Source of the DNA: an uncultured Gemmatimonadales bacterium | Lineage (GTDB): Bacteria > Gemmatimonadota > Gemmatimonadetes > Gemmatimonadales > GWC2-71-9 | Length of the DNA: 64,000 nt | Reading direction: 5' to 3' | NCBI GenBank assembly: GCA_963771275.1 | Contig: CAVYSW010000003.1 | Location: forward strand, 482,655-546,654 | Part shown: positions 8,043 to 20,707 of the stretch, in pieces | How positions within the stretch are numbered: position 1 is the stretch's first letter | Layout: every line of letters begins with the position of its first letter | Notes under the pieces: model-generated | Told to the model about the DNA's origin: nothing | Seen by the model: only the letters and a program-made list of their open reading frames with translations | The model's database searches: none | Program-made: the position numbers and the translations under genes

Positions 8043-8203
8043 CCACCGCCGAATGGAAGTGCACCCGCTGCGGGGCGACGAACCGCAAGCTCGTCTCCCC
8101 CGACACGTCCGAGGCGGTCGACCGCTGCGTGACGTGCCGCACGCCGCACGTCATCCACCCGGGTCTGCGACCCGCCTTCTGGCAGGCCGCGGCGAAGCCG
8201 TGA
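8039..8203 (+). CDS. Small zinc-ribbon protein (54 aa) between ruvA and ruvB
   Basis: [41 protein letters not shown]... has two CxxC pairs and high GC3. ATGA overlap with the ruvA stop and GTGA overlap with the ruvB start. Confidence 0.6.
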   Translation: MTTAEWKCTRCGATNRKLVSPDTSEAVDRCVTCRTPHVIHPGLRPAFWQAAAKP

Positions 8204-9225
8204 CGCACCGGGAGATCACCACGCCCGACGCCCTGCCGGACGAGACGCCCGCGGAGACGTCGCTCAGGCCGTCGCGCCTCGACGAGTTCATCGGCCAGGA
8301 GCAGGTGAAGGAAGGTCTGCAGATCGCGATCGACGCGGCGCGGCAGCGCGGCGAGCCGCTCGATCACACGCTGTTCTTCGGCCCGCCGGGGCTCGGCAAG
8401 ACGACCCTCGCGATGCTGATCGCGCGCGAGATGGGCGTCAACATCCGGACGACGAGCGGACCGGTGCTCGAGCGGCCGGGCGATCTGGTCGGGATGCTGA
8501 CGACCCTGCAGCGCGGTGATATCCTGTTCGTCGATGAGATCCACCGCCTCCGGCCGCAGCTCGAGGAGTTCCTCTACCCGGCCATGGAGGACTACCGGGT
8601 GGACGTCCGGATCGCCGAGGGTGCCAACGCGCAGACGATCCCGATGGAGCTGGAGCCGTTCACCCTGATCGGTGCGTCCACGCGCTATGGCATGCTGACG
8701 CCGCCGATGCGGGCGCGGTTCGGTGTGGTCGAGCGGCTGGGCTACTACCCCGCGGCGGATCTCGTGCGCATCGTCGTGCGGTCGGCCGGCATTCTCGGCG
8801 TTGCCATCGAGCCCGTGGGCGCCGACGAGATCGCGCGACGCAGCCGCGGAACTCCGCGCGTGGCGAACCGGCTGCTGCGACGCGTGCGGGACTACGCCCA
8901 GGTGAAGGCGGACGGCACCATCACCAAGGCCGTGGCCGATGCGGCGCTCGCCCGGCTCAACGTCGACGAGTACGGGCTCGACGATATGGACGCCCGCATT
9001 CTCACCCTGATCATCGAGAAGTTCGGCGGCGGCCCGGTGGGGCTCAACACGATCGCGGTCGCCGTCGGCGAAGACGCCGGGACGATCGAGGAGGTCTACG
9101 AGCCGTTTCTGATCCAGCAGGGCTTCCTCCACCGCACGCCGCGCGGGCGGCAGGCCACGCCGACGGCGTACCGGCACTTCGGGTTCGTCCCTCCGACCGG
9201 CGGCCAAGGCAGTGTGTTCGACTGA
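8200..9225 (+). CDS. ruvB: Holliday junction branch migration DNA helicase RuvB
   Basis: [66 protein letters not shown]. Confidence 0.95.
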   Translation: MTHREITTPDALPDETPAETSLRPSRLDEFIGQEQVKEGLQIAIDAARQRGEPLDHTLFFGPPGLGKTTLAMLIAREMGVNIRTTSGPVLERPGDLVGMLTTLQRGDILFVDEIHRLRPQLEEFLYPAMEDYRVDVRIAEGANAQTIPMELEPFTLIGASTRYGMLTPPMRARFGVVERLGYYPAADLVRIVVRSAGILGVAIEPVGADEIARRSRGTPRVANRLLRRVRDYAQVKADGTITKAVADAALARLNVDEYGLDDMDARILTLIIEKFGGGPVGLNTIAVAVGEDAGTIEEVYEPFLIQQGFLHRTPRGRQATPTAYRHFGFVPPTGGQGSVFD

Positions 9226-9309
9226 CTGAGACACCCGGGCCACCGCGGACCCGGTTGGCGGGCCCGGGGTAGCTGCATAAAGGCTTCACCACGACGTGCC
9301 GGATCCCTC

Positions 9310-11460
9310 ATGCGTCTCCTCGTCGTCCCCGCCTGTCTCGCCATCTTCGCGTCGGTCACGTCAGCCCAGACGGTGGCGGACGCCGAGCGCCTGGTGACGC
9401 GCGGCGATACGACCGGCGCCATCTCGGCGTTCGAGGCGGTGATCGCCGGGCACCAGCGGAACGCGGAAGCGCACTACCGAGCAGGCGTGCTCCGGCTGGC
9501 GCGCGCCAAGCGCGACGGCGCGATCAGCGAAGACCGCCGCAAGGCCGAGGAGCACCTGCGGTACGCCACCCGGTTCGCGCCGGACAGCGCGCGGTACTGG
9601 CTGGCCCTCGCCGACCTCTTCCGCTCCCAGAACCTCGTCACGTTGCGCGCGCAGGTGGCGCGGCTCGTCGGGCGCGCGCAGGAGGCGGCCGAACGGGCCG
9701 GGAATCCGGAGGAGATCGCGGCAGCCTCGTACCGCGCCGCCCATGTCGCCTGGGATCGGTGGCAGCAGTACGGACGACGCTACCGAGGCGCCTCCGTGGG
9801 AGGACCGGTCGTGGTGCCGTCGGCCAACGCCGAGTGGAAGGACTGGGAACAGTTCATCACGCAGTCGGTTCTGCCCGGCCCGCGCGATGTGGGGCAGCAG
9901 TATCTGGCGGAGGCGGAGCGCTCGCTGCGGCGCGGCCTGGACGCGCGTCCCCTCGACACGCGCCTGCTCGGACTCCTGACCGTCGTGTTCGGCGAGACCG
10001 ATCGCTGGGCCGAAGCGGCCGCGCTGATGCGCAAGGTCACGAAGCTCGCACCCGACAGCGGGCGGGCGTGGGCCCTCTACGCCCTCGCGCTGGCCCGCGT
10101 CAACCGCTGGCACGACGCTCAGGAGGCCTTTCACGCGGCGCGCGCGCGCATGACCCCCGACGAGCGCGCGCCGTACCGCGAAATCGGGCAGATCATGCGC
10201 AAGGCCGACCGGATCCGATGGGAGCAGACGCCGGACGCCGGGCGTCAGTCGTTCGACTCGCTGTACTGGCGGGTGGCCCAGCCCCTCGTATTCACCGAAA
10301 CGAACGAGCTGCAGGTGGAGTTCTACGCCCGGCTGACGTACGTGGACCACCGCTGGAGCGATCCGTGGCGCGGCGTTCGCGGCTGGGAAAGCGACATGGG
10401 CGCGGTGTACGTGCGGTACGGGCCGCCGGACTTCTGGTCGCAGAGCGTCTGGGTCTATCTCGTCCCACGGTTCCGGTTCGTGTTCGCGCAGATGCCGGGG
10501 TTCGCGCGCGCGTACTTCGCCGGCGACAGCCGCGAGGCGTTTCGGGCGGATCAGACGCTGAGCCCCGCGCGGTTTGACAACGTCCCCGTATACCGGGCGA
10601 TGGACACGATTCCAATCCAGGCCGCGCAGTTCCGCGGACACGACGATTCCACGGCAATCGCCGTGTTCGGTGCGCTGCCGGTGCGCCGCATGACGGAGTC
10701 CCTCCCCCTGTCGACGGTGCCGCTCGTGTCCGGCGCCCTGCTGCAGGACCGGCAGGGCGTCGAGCTGCTCCGGGACCGGCGCACCGAGACGCTCCACCTT
10801 GGTGCCGAGACTCCCGCGGTGCAGCACCGCAGCTGGCGCCTCACGATCGGGCCGGGCGAGTACGTGCTGCGCGTCGAGGCGCACGTCCCGGCCCTCGATC
10901 GGGCCGCGCGCGGCGTGCGGCCGTTCGCGGTGCGGAGCTTCTGGGGCTCGTGGCTCATGCTGTCCGACCTGCTGGTCGCCGGGCGGGTCGCGCCGCGCGA
11001 TTCCACCGCCGCCCGGTGGAGTGACTACCTGATCGAGCCGAACGGCGGCTGGTTCACGCCGGGGCAGTCCGTGGGCCTGCTGTGGGAGGTCTACAACCTC
11101 ACGCCCAACGACGCCGGCCAGGTGACCTACACGGTGGACCTCCGGTTCACGATCGAGTCGATCACGCGCCGCTCAGTGTTCGCGCAGATCGTGGGCGGGA
11201 TCGGCGACGCCCTGGGAGTCTCGGCCCAGGGGGACGACCGGATCGCGCTGCACTACACCCACACGGCGGACGCGACGCCCAGCCGCGTGAACGTCGAGTA
11301 CCTCACGGTGGACCTGAAGGACGCACCGGAAGGGACCTACACGATCGAGGTGGAGGTGACGGATCTGCGCACCGGCGGGTCGGTCGTCCGGCGCCAGGTG
11401 ATCCACGTCGACCGGGCACCGCCGGTACGCTGCAACCCGTGCCCGGATCAGGTCCCGTAG
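9310..11460 (+). CDS. Secreted TPR-repeat / GWxTD-domain protein, paralogue 1
   Basis: 716 aa. Signal peptide MRLLVVPACLAIFASVTSAQ, TPR-like N-terminal region, GWxTD block DSLYWRVAQPL...EFYARLTYVDHRW...RGWESDMGAVYVRYGPPD (GWESD at 10381-10395). Confidence 0.85.
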   Translation: MRLLVVPACLAIFASVTSAQTVADAERLVTRGDTTGAISAFEAVIAGHQRNAEAHYRAGVLRLARAKRDGAISEDRRKAEEHLRYATRFAPDSARYWLALADLFRSQNLVTLRAQVARLVGRAQEAAERAGNPEEIAAASYRAAHVAWDRWQQYGRRYRGASVGGPVVVPSANAEWKDWEQFITQSVLPGPRDVGQQYLAEAERSLRRGLDARPLDTRLLGLLTVVFGETDRWAEAAALMRKVTKLAPDSGRAWALYALALARVNRWHDAQEAFHAARARMTPDERAPYREIGQIMRKADRIRWEQTPDAGRQSFDSLYWRVAQPLVFTETNELQVEFYARLTYVDHRWSDPWRGVRGWESDMGAVYVRYGPPDFWSQSVWVYLVPRFRFVFAQMPGFARAYFAGDSREAFRADQTLSPARFDNVPVYRAMDTIPIQAAQFRGHDDSTAIAVFGALPVRRMTESLPLSTVPLVSGALLQDRQGVELLRDRRTETLHLGAETPAVQHRSWRLTIGPGEYVLRVEAHVPALDRAARGVRPFAVRSFWGSWLMLSDLLVAGRVAPRDSTAARWSDYLIEPNGGWFTPGQSVGLLWEVYNLTPNDAGQVTYTVDLRFTIESITRRSVFAQIVGGIGDALGVSAQGDDRIALHYTHTADATPSRVNVEYLTVDLKDAPEGTYTIEVEVTDLRTGGSVVRRQVIHVDRAPPVRCNPCPDQVP

Positions 11461-11578
11461 CGTCGCGCCCCCGCCTGCCGGGCTGCGACCCCCACGGCGG
11501 CCACCGCGCTGGACGTCGTGACCTCTGGGAGTATCACGGTCGGGATTCTGGATCTGGCAAGGCGTCTGGGGGTAGCTC

Positions 11579-13867
11579 ATGGTGGCTTGGTTGGCTCGCC
11601 CCCTCTGTCCTGGTGTGCCGGTGCGCGCGCTCTTCGTCCTGTCCTCCCTCCTGATCGTGACGTCCGCCGCCTCCGCGCAGACGCTGGAGGACGCCGCACA
11701 GCGGGTGGCCCAGGGCGACACCACCGCGGCTATCGCGCTGCTCGAGTCCATGATCGCCCGCCAGGAGCGGAACGCGGAGGCGCATTACCGTCTGGGACTG
11801 CTGTATCTGGCGCGCGTCGACCCGGCCGACGCGGTGAGCGCGGACCGCCGCACGGCCGAGGAGCACCTGCGCTACGCCACCCGGTTCGCGCCGGACAGTG
11901 CCCGCTACTGGCTGACGCTCGCCGACTACTTCCGGTCACAGAATCTCATCACGCTGCTGGTGCAGGTGCCGCGAACCGTGGGGCGCGCGCGGGAGGCGGC
12001 TGAGCGCAGCGGGAACCCCGTCGAGATCGCGGGGGCGGCGTACCGCACGGCGCGCCTTGCCGTCGATCGCTGGGAGCAGTACGGGCGGCGCTACACCAGC
12101 GCGTCCCCCGGGACGTCCCAGGTCGTACCGCTGGTGGAGGACGAGTGGAAGTACTGGGACGAGTACGTCATCCGGTCGCTCCGGCCTGCGGCCCCCGGTA
12201 TGGGGACGGGGTACCTCGCCGCCGCGGAGGATGCCCTGCAACACGGGCTGGCCGCTCAGCCCGCTGATTGCCAGCTGCTCGGTCTCCTGGTCGTGGTGTT
12301 CGGGGAGATGGACCGCTGGCAGGAGGCCGCCGCATTGATGCGCAGGGCCACGCGGCTCGCGCCGGACAGTGGACGGGCCTGGGCGCTCTTTGGGCTCGCG
12401 CTCGCGCGGATCAACCGCTGGCACGACGCGCAGGTGGCCTTCCGGACCGCGCTCGAGCGGATGGCGGCCGGGGAGCGCGCCCCCTACCTGAACATCGGGC
12501 AGATCCTGCGAAAGGCCGACCGCCTCCGCTGGGAACAGATGCCCGCCACCGACCGGGGGCCGTACGACTCGCTGTATTGGCACGGCGCCCAACCACTCGT
12601 GCTCACGGAGACGAACGAGCTGCAGGTCGAGTTCTACGCCCGGCTGACCTACGTCGACCACCGCTGGACGGACATGCCGCGCCGCCGCCGCGGCTACGAG
12701 ACCGACATGGGGGCCGTCTACGTGCGCTACGGCCCACCGGACGTGTGGATCGCGCAAACGCCGGACGCCCGGAAAGTGCCGCCTGGCGCGGACCCCACTG
12801 GCGGACAGGACACTCTGGTCATGGAACGCGTGCTCGACGCCTCGCAGACCGTGATCTGGCTGTATCGGGTGCCGCAGTTCCGCTTCGTGTTCGAGCAGAC
12901 GTCGGGGTTTGCGCATCCGTATTTCGCGAGCAACAGCGACGAGGCGTTCCGTGTGGATCAAACGCTGAGTCCCGCGCGGTTCGACAACGTCCCGATAATC
13001 CGGGCGCTGGACACCATCGCGGTGCAGACGTCGGAGTTTCGCGGCCCCGGTGACTCCACCGCGGTCGTGGTGTTCGGCGCCCTGCCGCTACGCCGCATGA
13101 CGGAGTCCCTCCCGCTCGCGACCCTGCCGCTCGTGTCGGGCGCGCTGCTGCAGAATGAAGCCGGGGCCGAGCTGCTGCGGGATCGCCGCGCCGAGACGGT
13201 GCGCGTGGGTCCCGAGACCCCCGCGGCGCAGCATCGCAGCTGGCGGCTCACGATGGGCCCCGGCGCGTACGTGCTACGTGTGGAAGCGCACCTGCCGGCG
13301 TACGTGCGCGCGGCCCGCAGCGTACGGCCGCTCGCGGTGCGGAGCTTTCTGGGCTCGGAGCTCATGCTCTCCGACCTCCTTGTCGCCGGGAGCGTGGCGC
13401 CGCGGGACTCCGCCGCCGCGCGCTGGAGCGACTATCTAATCGAGCCCAACGGCGGCTGGTTCACGCCCGGACACACGGTGGGCCTGCTCTGGGAGGTCTA
13501 CAATCTGGCCCCGGATTCCGGCGGCAAGGTTTCGTACGGCATCGACCTCCGCTTCACGATCGCGACGCTCACCCGCCGCTCGACCATCGCCCAGATCATC
13601 GGGGGGCTGGGCGACGCCATGGGGCTCTCGGCCAAGGGCGACGACCGGATCGCCCTGCACTACACCCGCACGGTAGACGCGACGCGCGAGCGCGTGAACG
13701 TCGAGTACCTCACGGTGGAGCTGAAGGACGCGCCCGAGGGGAGCTACACGGTCGAGGTGGAGGTCACCGATCTGCGGACCGGCCGATCCGTAGCCGGCCA
13801 GAAGGTGATCCTCATCGACCGGGCGCCCCCGACGCGCTGCGACCCCTGTCCCGCGCGGTTGCCCTAG
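11579..13867 (+). CDS. Secreted TPR-repeat / GWxTD-domain protein, paralogue 2
   Basis: 762 aa. Colinear with paralogue 1, with long identical stretches. GYETD at 12692-12706. Signal peptide ...LFVLSSLLIVTSAASAQ. Confidence 0.85.
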   Translation: MVAWLARPLCPGVPVRALFVLSSLLIVTSAASAQTLEDAAQRVAQGDTTAAIALLESMIARQERNAEAHYRLGLLYLARVDPADAVSADRRTAEEHLRYATRFAPDSARYWLTLADYFRSQNLITLLVQVPRTVGRAREAAERSGNPVEIAGAAYRTARLAVDRWEQYGRRYTSASPGTSQVVPLVEDEWKYWDEYVIRSLRPAAPGMGTGYLAAAEDALQHGLAAQPADCQLLGLLVVVFGEMDRWQEAAALMRRATRLAPDSGRAWALFGLALARINRWHDAQVAFRTALERMAAGERAPYLNIGQILRKADRLRWEQMPATDRGPYDSLYWHGAQPLVLTETNELQVEFYARLTYVDHRWTDMPRRRRGYETDMGAVYVRYGPPDVWIAQTPDARKVPPGADPTGGQDTLVMERVLDASQTVIWLYRVPQFRFVFEQTSGFAHPYFASNSDEAFRVDQTLSPARFDNVPIIRALDTIAVQTSEFRGPGDSTAVVVFGALPLRRMTESLPLATLPLVSGALLQNEAGAELLRDRRAETVRVGPETPAAQHRSWRLTMGPGAYVLRVEAHLPAYVRAARSVRPLAVRSFLGSELMLSDLLVAGSVAPRDSAAARWSDYLIEPNGGWFTPGHTVGLLWEVYNLAPDSGGKVSYGIDLRFTIATLTRRSTIAQIIGGLGDAMGLSAKGDDRIALHYTRTVDATRERVNVEYLTVELKDAPEGSYTVEVEVTDLRTGRSVAGQKVILIDRAPPTRCDPCPARLP

Positions 13868-13878
13868 ATTCCCTGGCC

Positions 13879-16047
13879 ATGCGTCACACGCTGATTCCCA
13901 TCGCCCTCGCGGCGCTGGCCGCGCTGGCCTCCCCGCCGCTCGCCGCTCAGGCGGCGTGCGGCGACTCCCTGGGCACCCGCGGTGACACGGCGGGCGCGAT
14001 CGCCGCCTGCGAGGCGGCGGTCGAGCGCGACAAGCAGGACGCCGAGTCCCATTACCGTGCCGGTCAGCTGCTCCAGGGCAGCGACAAGGGCCGGGCCGAG
14101 GAGCACTTCCGGACCGCGATTCGCATCCAACCCGACAGCGGCAAGTACTGGCTCGCCCTGGCCGATCTGCTGCGCACCGAGGACAACGTGTTCGCCCGAT
14201 CGCGCGTGGCGGGGCTCGTGGAGAACGCGCGGGCGGCGGCGCGCGAGTTCGGCAGCGAGAAGCTGGCCGAGATCGAGTACCGCAGCGCGCGGATCGCGTG
14301 GGAGCGCTACGAGCAGCGCGCGCACCGCTACCTGTTCATCGAGGACGCGACGACGGTCGACGCCGGCGTCATGATGGGCGAGTGGAAGGGCGTCGAGGAT
14401 TTCTTCCGGCGCCAGGTCAAGCCCGACCCCGGCGACCCGGGCGGCGACGACCGGAACGAGGCGGAGCAGTACCTCCGCGCCGCGTTGGCGGCCGATCCGC
14501 GGAGCGTGCACGCGGCCGGCCTGCTCGCGGTGTTGCTGGGAGAGGGGCAGCGCTGGGACGAGGCCGTGGAGCTCGGCCGGCAGCTGGTCCGCGCCGTGCC
14601 CGACAGCGGCAATGCGTGGGCGCTGCTCGGCATGGCGCTGGCCCGCACGCGGCGCTGGGCGGACGCCCAGGCCGCGTGCGACACGGCGCTGCGACGCATG
14701 ACACCGGCCGAGCGGGTGCCGTACGGCAACCTCGGCCTGCTGCTGAAATCGGTCGACCAGGCCCGCTTCGCCGGGATGGCCCCGGCGCAGCAGACGCAGC
14801 TCGATTCGCTCTATTGGGCGGTGTCGCAACCGCTGCTCCTCGCGCCCGTGAACGAGGCGCAGATCGAGTTCTACGCGCGGCTCACCTACGTGATGCACCG
14901 CTGGGCCGATCCGTTCCGCGGCGTGCAGGGCTACGAGACGGACCGTGGCGCGGTGTACCTGCGCTACGGACCGCCGGACATCTGGGCCGCGTTCGGGCGC
15001 GGCCGGCAGAGCCAGCGGGACGCGCTCGAGAGCCTCGAGAGCGAGCGCAACACGATCGTCTGGGTGTACCAGCCCGTGCAGCTGCGCTTCATGTTCTCGA
15101 TGACACCGGGCTTCGCCCGCACGACCTTCTCCGGCGACTTCCGCACGCTGTACAACGAGCAGCGCGACCTCTTCCCGGTGCGATTCGACAACGTCCCGGC
15201 GGTCGCCGACATGGACACGATCCTGGTGCAGCTCGCGCAGTTCCGGGGCGACGGGGCCGCCACGACGGAGCTTGGCGTCTTCTCCGTCATGCCGATCGGC
15301 CACATGGCACGGGGGGCCGGCGTGGAGCAACTCCCGCTCACCACCGCCGCCATCATCCGGGACGGGCGCATGCGCGACGTGCGACGCGACCAGCGCCGGG
15401 AGACCATTCAGGCGGGCGACCCGCTGCAGGTGGAGCGGCGCAGCTTCCGGTTCGAGCTCGCTCCGGCGGAGTACCTGCTGCGCGTAGAAGCCGAGCTGGG
15501 AGGGGTGGACCGCGCCGCCCGCAGCACGTCCCTCCTTGCGTTGCGGCGCTACGGTCCCGACTCCCTGATGCTGTCGGACGTCGTGGTGGCCAACCGCCTC
15601 GCGCCGCACGATTCCACATACAGCCGCTGGACGGATTTCTTCGTGGAGCCCAGCGTGGGCCGGTTCGCTCCCGACGCGCCGGTCGCCTTGCTCTGGGAGA
15701 TCTACAACCTCGCGCCGGACTCCACCGGCCGGGCCCGCTATGCGGTCGAGCTGCGCATCACGGTGCGGGACATCGAGCGCAAAGGGTTCGCCGCGCGCAT
15801 ACTGGGCGGCATTGGCGACGCGGTAGGGCTGTCGGCCAAGGGGGACGACGAGGTGAGCCTGGTCTACGACCGCGAGGTCACGACCGCGCCGGGAGGACGT
15901 CAGGTCGAATACCTCACCGTGGACCTGGAGAACGCCCCGGTCGCGACCTACGTCATCACGCTCCGCGTGACCGACAAGCTGACGCAGCAGGTGGCCGAGG
16001 CGCGGCGCCAGATCGCGGTGACGGCCGCCCAGCTGCCCGCGCGCTAG
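13879..16047 (+). CDS. Secreted TPR-repeat / GWxTD-domain protein, paralogue 3 (more divergent)
   Basis: 722 aa. Signal peptide MRHTLIPIALAALAALASPPLAAQA. DSLYWAVSQPL...EFYARLTYVMHRW...QGYETDRGAVYLRYGPPD (GYETD at 14929-14943). Confidence 0.85.
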   Translation: MRHTLIPIALAALAALASPPLAAQAACGDSLGTRGDTAGAIAACEAAVERDKQDAESHYRAGQLLQGSDKGRAEEHFRTAIRIQPDSGKYWLALADLLRTEDNVFARSRVAGLVENARAAAREFGSEKLAEIEYRSARIAWERYEQRAHRYLFIEDATTVDAGVMMGEWKGVEDFFRRQVKPDPGDPGGDDRNEAEQYLRAALAADPRSVHAAGLLAVLLGEGQRWDEAVELGRQLVRAVPDSGNAWALLGMALARTRRWADAQAACDTALRRMTPAERVPYGNLGLLLKSVDQARFAGMAPAQQTQLDSLYWAVSQPLLLAPVNEAQIEFYARLTYVMHRWADPFRGVQGYETDRGAVYLRYGPPDIWAAFGRGRQSQRDALESLESERNTIVWVYQPVQLRFMFSMTPGFARTTFSGDFRTLYNEQRDLFPVRFDNVPAVADMDTILVQLAQFRGDGAATTELGVFSVMPIGHMARGAGVEQLPLTTAAIIRDGRMRDVRRDQRRETIQAGDPLQVERRSFRFELAPAEYLLRVEAELGGVDRAARSTSLLALRRYGPDSLMLSDVVVANRLAPHDSTYSRWTDFFVEPSVGRFAPDAPVALLWEIYNLAPDSTGRARYAVELRITVRDIERKGFAARILGGIGDAVGLSAKGDDEVSLVYDREVTTAPGGRQVEYLTVDLENAPVATYVITLRVTDKLTQQVAEARRQIAVTAAQLPAR

Positions 16048-16061
16048 CCGCGTCCGCACCG

Positions 16062-18625
<2,564 letters not shown>

Positions 18626-18629
<4 letters not shown>

Positions 18630-19162
18630 GTGTCCGGACGCTCCACCTGCTCGGCTCTCCGGCGCTCCGCGAGCGGGCGGCGGAGGTCCGCGTCGTGGGG
18701 CCCGAGGTCCCGACATTGGTGCAGGACCTGTTCGACACGATGCGCGCGGCCGAAGGGGTCGGCCTCGCCGCCAATCAGGTCGGCGTGCTCCAGCGGGTCG
18801 CGGTGGTCGATACCGGTGACGGCGAGCCGCTCGTGCTGATCGATCCGATCATCGTGGAGCGCTACGGAGAGGAGCGCGGTGAGGAAGGCTGTCTGTCGAT
18901 CCCCGACATCTACGGCGAGGTGGATCGAGCGACCCGCGTGGTAGTCGAGACGACGAGCCTCGACGGGAGCCGCGTACAGGTCGCGGCGGTCGATCTCAAG
19001 GCGCGGGCGACCCTGCATGAGATGGACCATCTCGACGGCATCCTGTTCCTCGACCGCCTGAGCCCGCTCAAGCGACGCCTGCTGCTGCGCAAGTGGCAGC
19101 GGAGCCGCAAGGGCGCGACCGGGTTCCTCAAGGAGCTTCCGCCGGCCGCGATCCGGGACTGA
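18626..19162 (+). CDS. def: Peptide deformylase
   Basis: GVGLAANQVG, EGCLSIP, HEMDHLDGILF. GTGA overlap with the yajC stop. Confidence 0.95.
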
Positions 19163-19163
19163 C

Positions 19164-20096
19164 ATGCGGCTCGTCTTCTTCGGCACGCCCGACTTCGCGA
19201 CGCCGTCGCTCCGGGCCCTGCTCGAAGAGGGCTTCGAGGTGGCCGCGGTGGTCACCCAGCCCGACCGGCCGCACGGCCGTTCCCGCTCGGTGCTGCACCC
19301 GCCGCCCGTCAAGCAGGAGGCGCTGGCCGAGGGCCTTCCAATCCTGCAGCCCGAGCAGCCCAACGCGCCGGAGTTCCTCGATGCGCTGCGCCCCCTGGCG
19401 CCCGATCTCGGCGTCGTCGTCGCGTACGGGCACATTCTGAAGCCGGCCCTGTTGGCCCTCCCCCCGCGCGGCATGATCAACGTGCACGCATCGCTGCTGC
19501 CCGCGTTGCGCGGCGCCGCCCCGATCCAGCATGCCGTGATGCAGGGGCTCGAGGAGACGGGTATCACGATCATGCAAATGGAGGCCGGGATGGACACGGG
19601 GCCCGTGCTGCATCGGGTCCCGACGCCGATCGCGACCGACGAGACCGGGGGTGAGCTCGAGGTGCGGCTCGCGGAGCTCGGCGCGCTCGCCCTGATCGAG
19701 GCGCTCACGCTGCTCGACGCGGCGGCCATCGTCCGGCAGCCGCAGGACCCGCGCCTGGCGAGCTACGCCCCCAAGATCACACCGGAGACCGCACGGATCC
19801 GCTGGGAGGCGCCCGCCCCGGTGTTGGCGCGCCTGGTCCGGGCGCTCGACCCACGCCCCGGCGCGTGGACCGCGCTCGGCGATCGGCGGATCAAGCTGTT
19901 CGGGCCGCGTGGCGCGGGGTGTCCGCCCGAGGGGACCGCGGCGGGCACGATTCTCGAGATCGACCCGGCACTCGTGGTCGCCACCGGTGACGGGGCGCTG
20001 CAGTTTCTCGACGTCCAGCCCGAGGGGAAGGCACGGCTCGCCGCGGCGGACTGGCTCCGCGGCCGCGGGGCCCGCGTCGGCGACCGGTTTTCGTGA
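19164..20096 (+). CDS. fmt: Methionyl-tRNA formyltransferase
   Basis: MRLVFFGTPDFA, VVTQPDRP, NVHASLLPALRGAAPIQHAVMQG. Confidence 0.95.
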   Translation: MRLVFFGTPDFATPSLRALLEEGFEVAAVVTQPDRPHGRSRSVLHPPPVKQEALAEGLPILQPEQPNAPEFLDALRPLAPDLGVVVAYGHILKPALLALPPRGMINVHASLLPALRGAAPIQHAVMQGLEETGITIMQMEAGMDTGPVLHRVPTPIATDETGGELEVRLAELGALALIEALTLLDAAAIVRQPQDPRLASYAPKITPETARIRWEAPAPVLARLVRALDPRPGAWTALGDRRIKLFGPRGAGCPPEGTAAGTILEIDPALVVATGDGALQFLDVQPEGKARLAAADWLRGRGARVGDRFS

Positions 20097-20707
20097 GCCG
20101 GATTCCGCCGCTCCACGCGGTAACCGACGACCGCGTGCTGCGGCTGCCCGATTTCCTCGAGCGCGCACGCGCCGTGTCGCTGGGACCGGAGGTCGGGCTG
20201 CATCTTCGGGGCACCCTGCCCGCCCGTACCCTGCTTCGCCTCGCCGGGGCCCTCCGGCCGATCACGGCGGCTACCGGCACCCGGTTGATCATCCACGACC
20301 GCGTCGATCTCGCGCGGCTGTGTGACGCCGACGGCGTGCACCTGCCGGGGCACGGCCTCCCAGTGCCCGCTGTCCGGCGACTCCTCGGGGCCGACGCCCT
20401 GCTGGGGTGTTCGACCCACACCGGCGATGCGGCCAGATCGGCGGTCGCCGCCGGCGCGGACTACGCGTTTCTCGGAGCGATCTGGCCGACGGCGTCACAC
20501 CCCGACCGCGTGCCGTTGGGCACCGCCGCCCTGCGCGGCGCGCTGCCCGCCCCGGTCATCGCCATCGGGGGCGTCACCGCGGCGCGCGCGGCGGCGGCCC
20601 GGGCGGCCGGCGCCTGCGGCGTCGCCGCGATCAGGGCCCTGTGGGACGCCGCCGATCCGGCTGCGGCCGCGCGCGCGCTGCTGCTATCTTTCGAGCATGT
20701 CTCCTGA
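20093..20707 (+). CDS. thiE: Thiamine-phosphate synthase
   Basis: LHAVTDD, LIIHDRVDLA...ADGVHL, GCSTH, ADYAFLGAIWPTASH, VIAIGGV. GTGA overlap with the fmt stop. Confidence 0.85.
   Translation: MSRIPPLHAVTDDRVLRLPDFLERARAVSLGPEVGLHLRGTLPARTLLRLAGALRPITAATGTRLIIHDRVDLARLCDADGVHLPGHGLPVPAVRRLLGADALLGCSTHTGDAARSAVAAGADYAFLGAIWPTASHPDRVPLGTAALRGALPAPVIAIGGVTAARAAAARAAGACGVAAIRALWDAADPAAAARALLLSFEHVS

Noticed and set aside
9234-9268. GC-rich inverted repeat CCCGGGCC...GGCCCGGG after ruvB, considered as a terminator
   Set aside because: It has only an 8-bp outer stem enclosing about 19 poorly paired nucleotides, and no U tract. This is too weak to call without 3'-end data.
13864-16059. 731-aa - strand ORF exactly antisense to the third GWxTD gene (similar antisense ORFs at 9361-10884 and 11936-12961)
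   Set aside because: It is a mirror ORF of a well-supported sense gene. The sequence is low-complexity and Arg/Gly/His-rich, with no signal peptide, no motifs and no independent start context.
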